DNA from: Anaerolineae bacterium
GTDB lineage: Bacteria > Chloroflexota > Anaerolineae > S140-20
Length of the DNA: 64,000 nt
NCBI GenBank assembly: GCA_027021705.1
Contig: JALUTT010000092.1
Location: forward strand, 32,001 to 96,000
Direction of reading: 5' to 3'
A program made the translations under genes and the position numbers. Below the pieces are notes generated by a model. That model saw nothing but the letters and a program-made list of their open reading frames with translations, had not been told where the DNA came from and did no database searches. Shown here one piece after another: positions 62,679 through 64,000 of this stretch. Numbering within the stretch: position 1 is the stretch's first letter; each line of letters starts with the position of its first letter.

Positions 62679-62835
62679 CGCGGTGATTACCCACAAGTGA
62701 GCGAGAGAGTGGTCCGTAGCGGGCCGTCCACGAATTTCTCACAAATGCACGAATGAGGCGGTCCTGAATTCGTGTATTCGTGCCCCATTCGCGGACGGCT
62801 GGTCTCCCTATCTCCAAAGATATGAGCAATCACCG
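62679..62835. repeat. GGTGATTACCCA-family ~155 bp element, copy 2
   Basis: Near-identical to 20158-20295; ends are CGGTGATTACCCA and TGAGCAATCACCG. Confidence 0.85.
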
Positions 62836-62864
62836 CTGCACGTCCTGGCAGGTGAGGCAGTTGG

Positions 62865-64000
62865 TCAAATTGCCCCACGCACCTCCGGCCAGTCCAGCAT
62901 CATCACCGAGACCTGCGCCCCGGCCGGCAGGTGGTCCACCTCCTCCGGGATGATGGCCAGCCCCTGGGCGCGGACCATCGAGAGGAGGATGCCGGAGCCC
63001 TGGTCGCCGGTCAGCCGGGCGACGTACTCCTCCCCCCGTCGCTCCACCGTCACCCGCAGGTAGTGGCGGCGGTGGTCCTTGTGGGGGATCGGGTCCAGCA
63101 GCCGGGCTTCCACCACCGGCCTCTCCAGCCGCCGCTTCCCCAGCATCTTGAGGATGGCAGGCCGGGCGAAGAGCTCGAAGCTGACCATGGCCGAGACGGG
63201 GTTGCCCGGCAGCCCCAGCAGCGGCACCCCGCCGATGTGGCCGAAGGCGAGGGGCTTGCCCGGCTTCATCCGCACCCGCCAGAAGGCGACCTCGCCCTCG
63301 GCGGCCAGCACCTCCTTCACCACGTCGAAGTCGCCCACCGAGACCCCGCCGGAGGTGAGCAGGAGGTCCGCGCCCTGCTCCAGGCCGGCCCGGATGCGGG
63401 CGGTCAGCTCGGCCACGTCGTCGCGGGCGATGCCCAGCAGGATGGGCACGCCCCCGCAGCGCAGGACCTGGGCGGCGTTGGCGTAGCTGTTGGCGTTGCG
63501 GATCTTGCCCGGCTGCCAGGGAGCGTCCACCTCGATCACCTCGTCACCGGTGGCCAGGATGGCGACGCGGGGCCGGCGGTGGACCTGGACCTCCTTGTGG
63601 CCCAGGGCGGCCATCATCCCCACCTCCGGGGGGCGGATCTCGGTGCCCCGGGGGAGGATCAAGGCCCCCCGGCGCACGTCCTCGCCGGCCTGGCGCACGT
63701 TCTCGCCCACCGCCACCGCCTTGAGGACCCGCACCCACGCGCCGTCCCGCTCCGTCTCCTCGAAGCGGACGACGGCGTCGGCTCCCGGCGGGATGGGGGC
63801 GCCGGTCATAATGCGGATGGCGCACCCCTCGGTGACGGGAACGTCGGTGGTGTATCCGGCGGCCAGGTCGTGGACGATGCGCAGCCGGACAGGGTGGTCG
63901 GGGCCGGCGCCGGCGGTGTCGGCGGCCCGCACGGCGTAGCCGTCCATCGCCGAGTTGGCCAGGGGCGGGATGTCCATCTCGGCGTAGAGGTCCTCGGCCA
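62865..64000 (-). CDS. moeA: molybdopterin molybdenumtransferase (5' truncated by window edge)
   Basis: NSAMDGYAV, IMTGAPIP, ILATGDE, TSGGVSVGDFD, KPGKP, LPGNPVS. Confidence 0.96.
   Translation of the reverse strand, partial: AEDLYAEMDIPPLANSAMDGYAVRAADTAGAGPDHPVRLRIVHDLAAGYTTDVPVTEGCAIRIMTGAPIPPGADAVVRFEETERDGAWVRVLKAVAVGENVRQAGEDVRRGALILPRGTEIRPPEVGMMAALGHKEVQVHRRPRVAILATGDEVIEVDAPWQPGKIRNANSYANAAQVLRCGGVPILLGIARDDVAELTARIRAGLEQGADLLLTSGGVSVGDFDVVKEVLAAEGEVAFWRVRMKPGKPLAFGHIGGVPLLGLPGNPVSAMVSFELFARPAILKMLGKRRLERPVVEARLLDPIPHKDHRRHYLRVTVERRGEEYVARLTGDQGSGILLSMVRAQGLAIIPEEVDHLPAGAQVSVMMLDWPEVRGAI

Overview
GC-rich bacterial chromosome segment. The taxon is inferred to be Chloroflexota (Anaerolineae-like) from gene content; this was not verified. 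From start to end it holds: the 3' part of maeB, a ferredoxin, a NarL-type two-component pair, lysK and dinB (1-6.3 kb); a seven-gene signalling operon of GAF protein, MinD/ParA-like ATPase, wHTH-cNMP-pseudo-patatin, receiver, two hybrid kinases and an adenylate cyclase (6.6-19.3 kb); hsp20; a lower-GC ABC-type ATPase plus DUF4276/TOPRIM-like pair; rsmD; a ~20 kb Wood-Ljungdahl cluster (HMA-like protein, cooS, acsB, acsD, acsC, acsV, acsE, cooC, giant hdrA/HdrL, selenocysteine mvhD, metV, metF, an intruding DUF433 gene, fused hdrCB); a minus-strand tRNA-Asn-rplU-rpmA-rpmE-tdk-hpt-hpt-NUDIX run; two hypotheticals, a Mut7-C RNase and rsfS; panE; an NB-ARC/TPR NLR-like gene with near-identical, locally hypervariable repeats; a Trp T-box-controlled trpE-G-D-CF operon lacking trpAB; and partial moeA. 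Intergenic space is full of 7-8 bp tandem repeats and several palindromic dispersed-repeat families. The best candidates for something undescribed are the MinD/GAF/pseudo-patatin/cyclase signalling operon, the repeat-flanked NLR-like protein, a ~195 nt rod-shaped RNA candidate between acsB and acsD, and the inverted-repeat families that sit beside accessory genes. All assignments come from reading motifs by eye; no searches were run.
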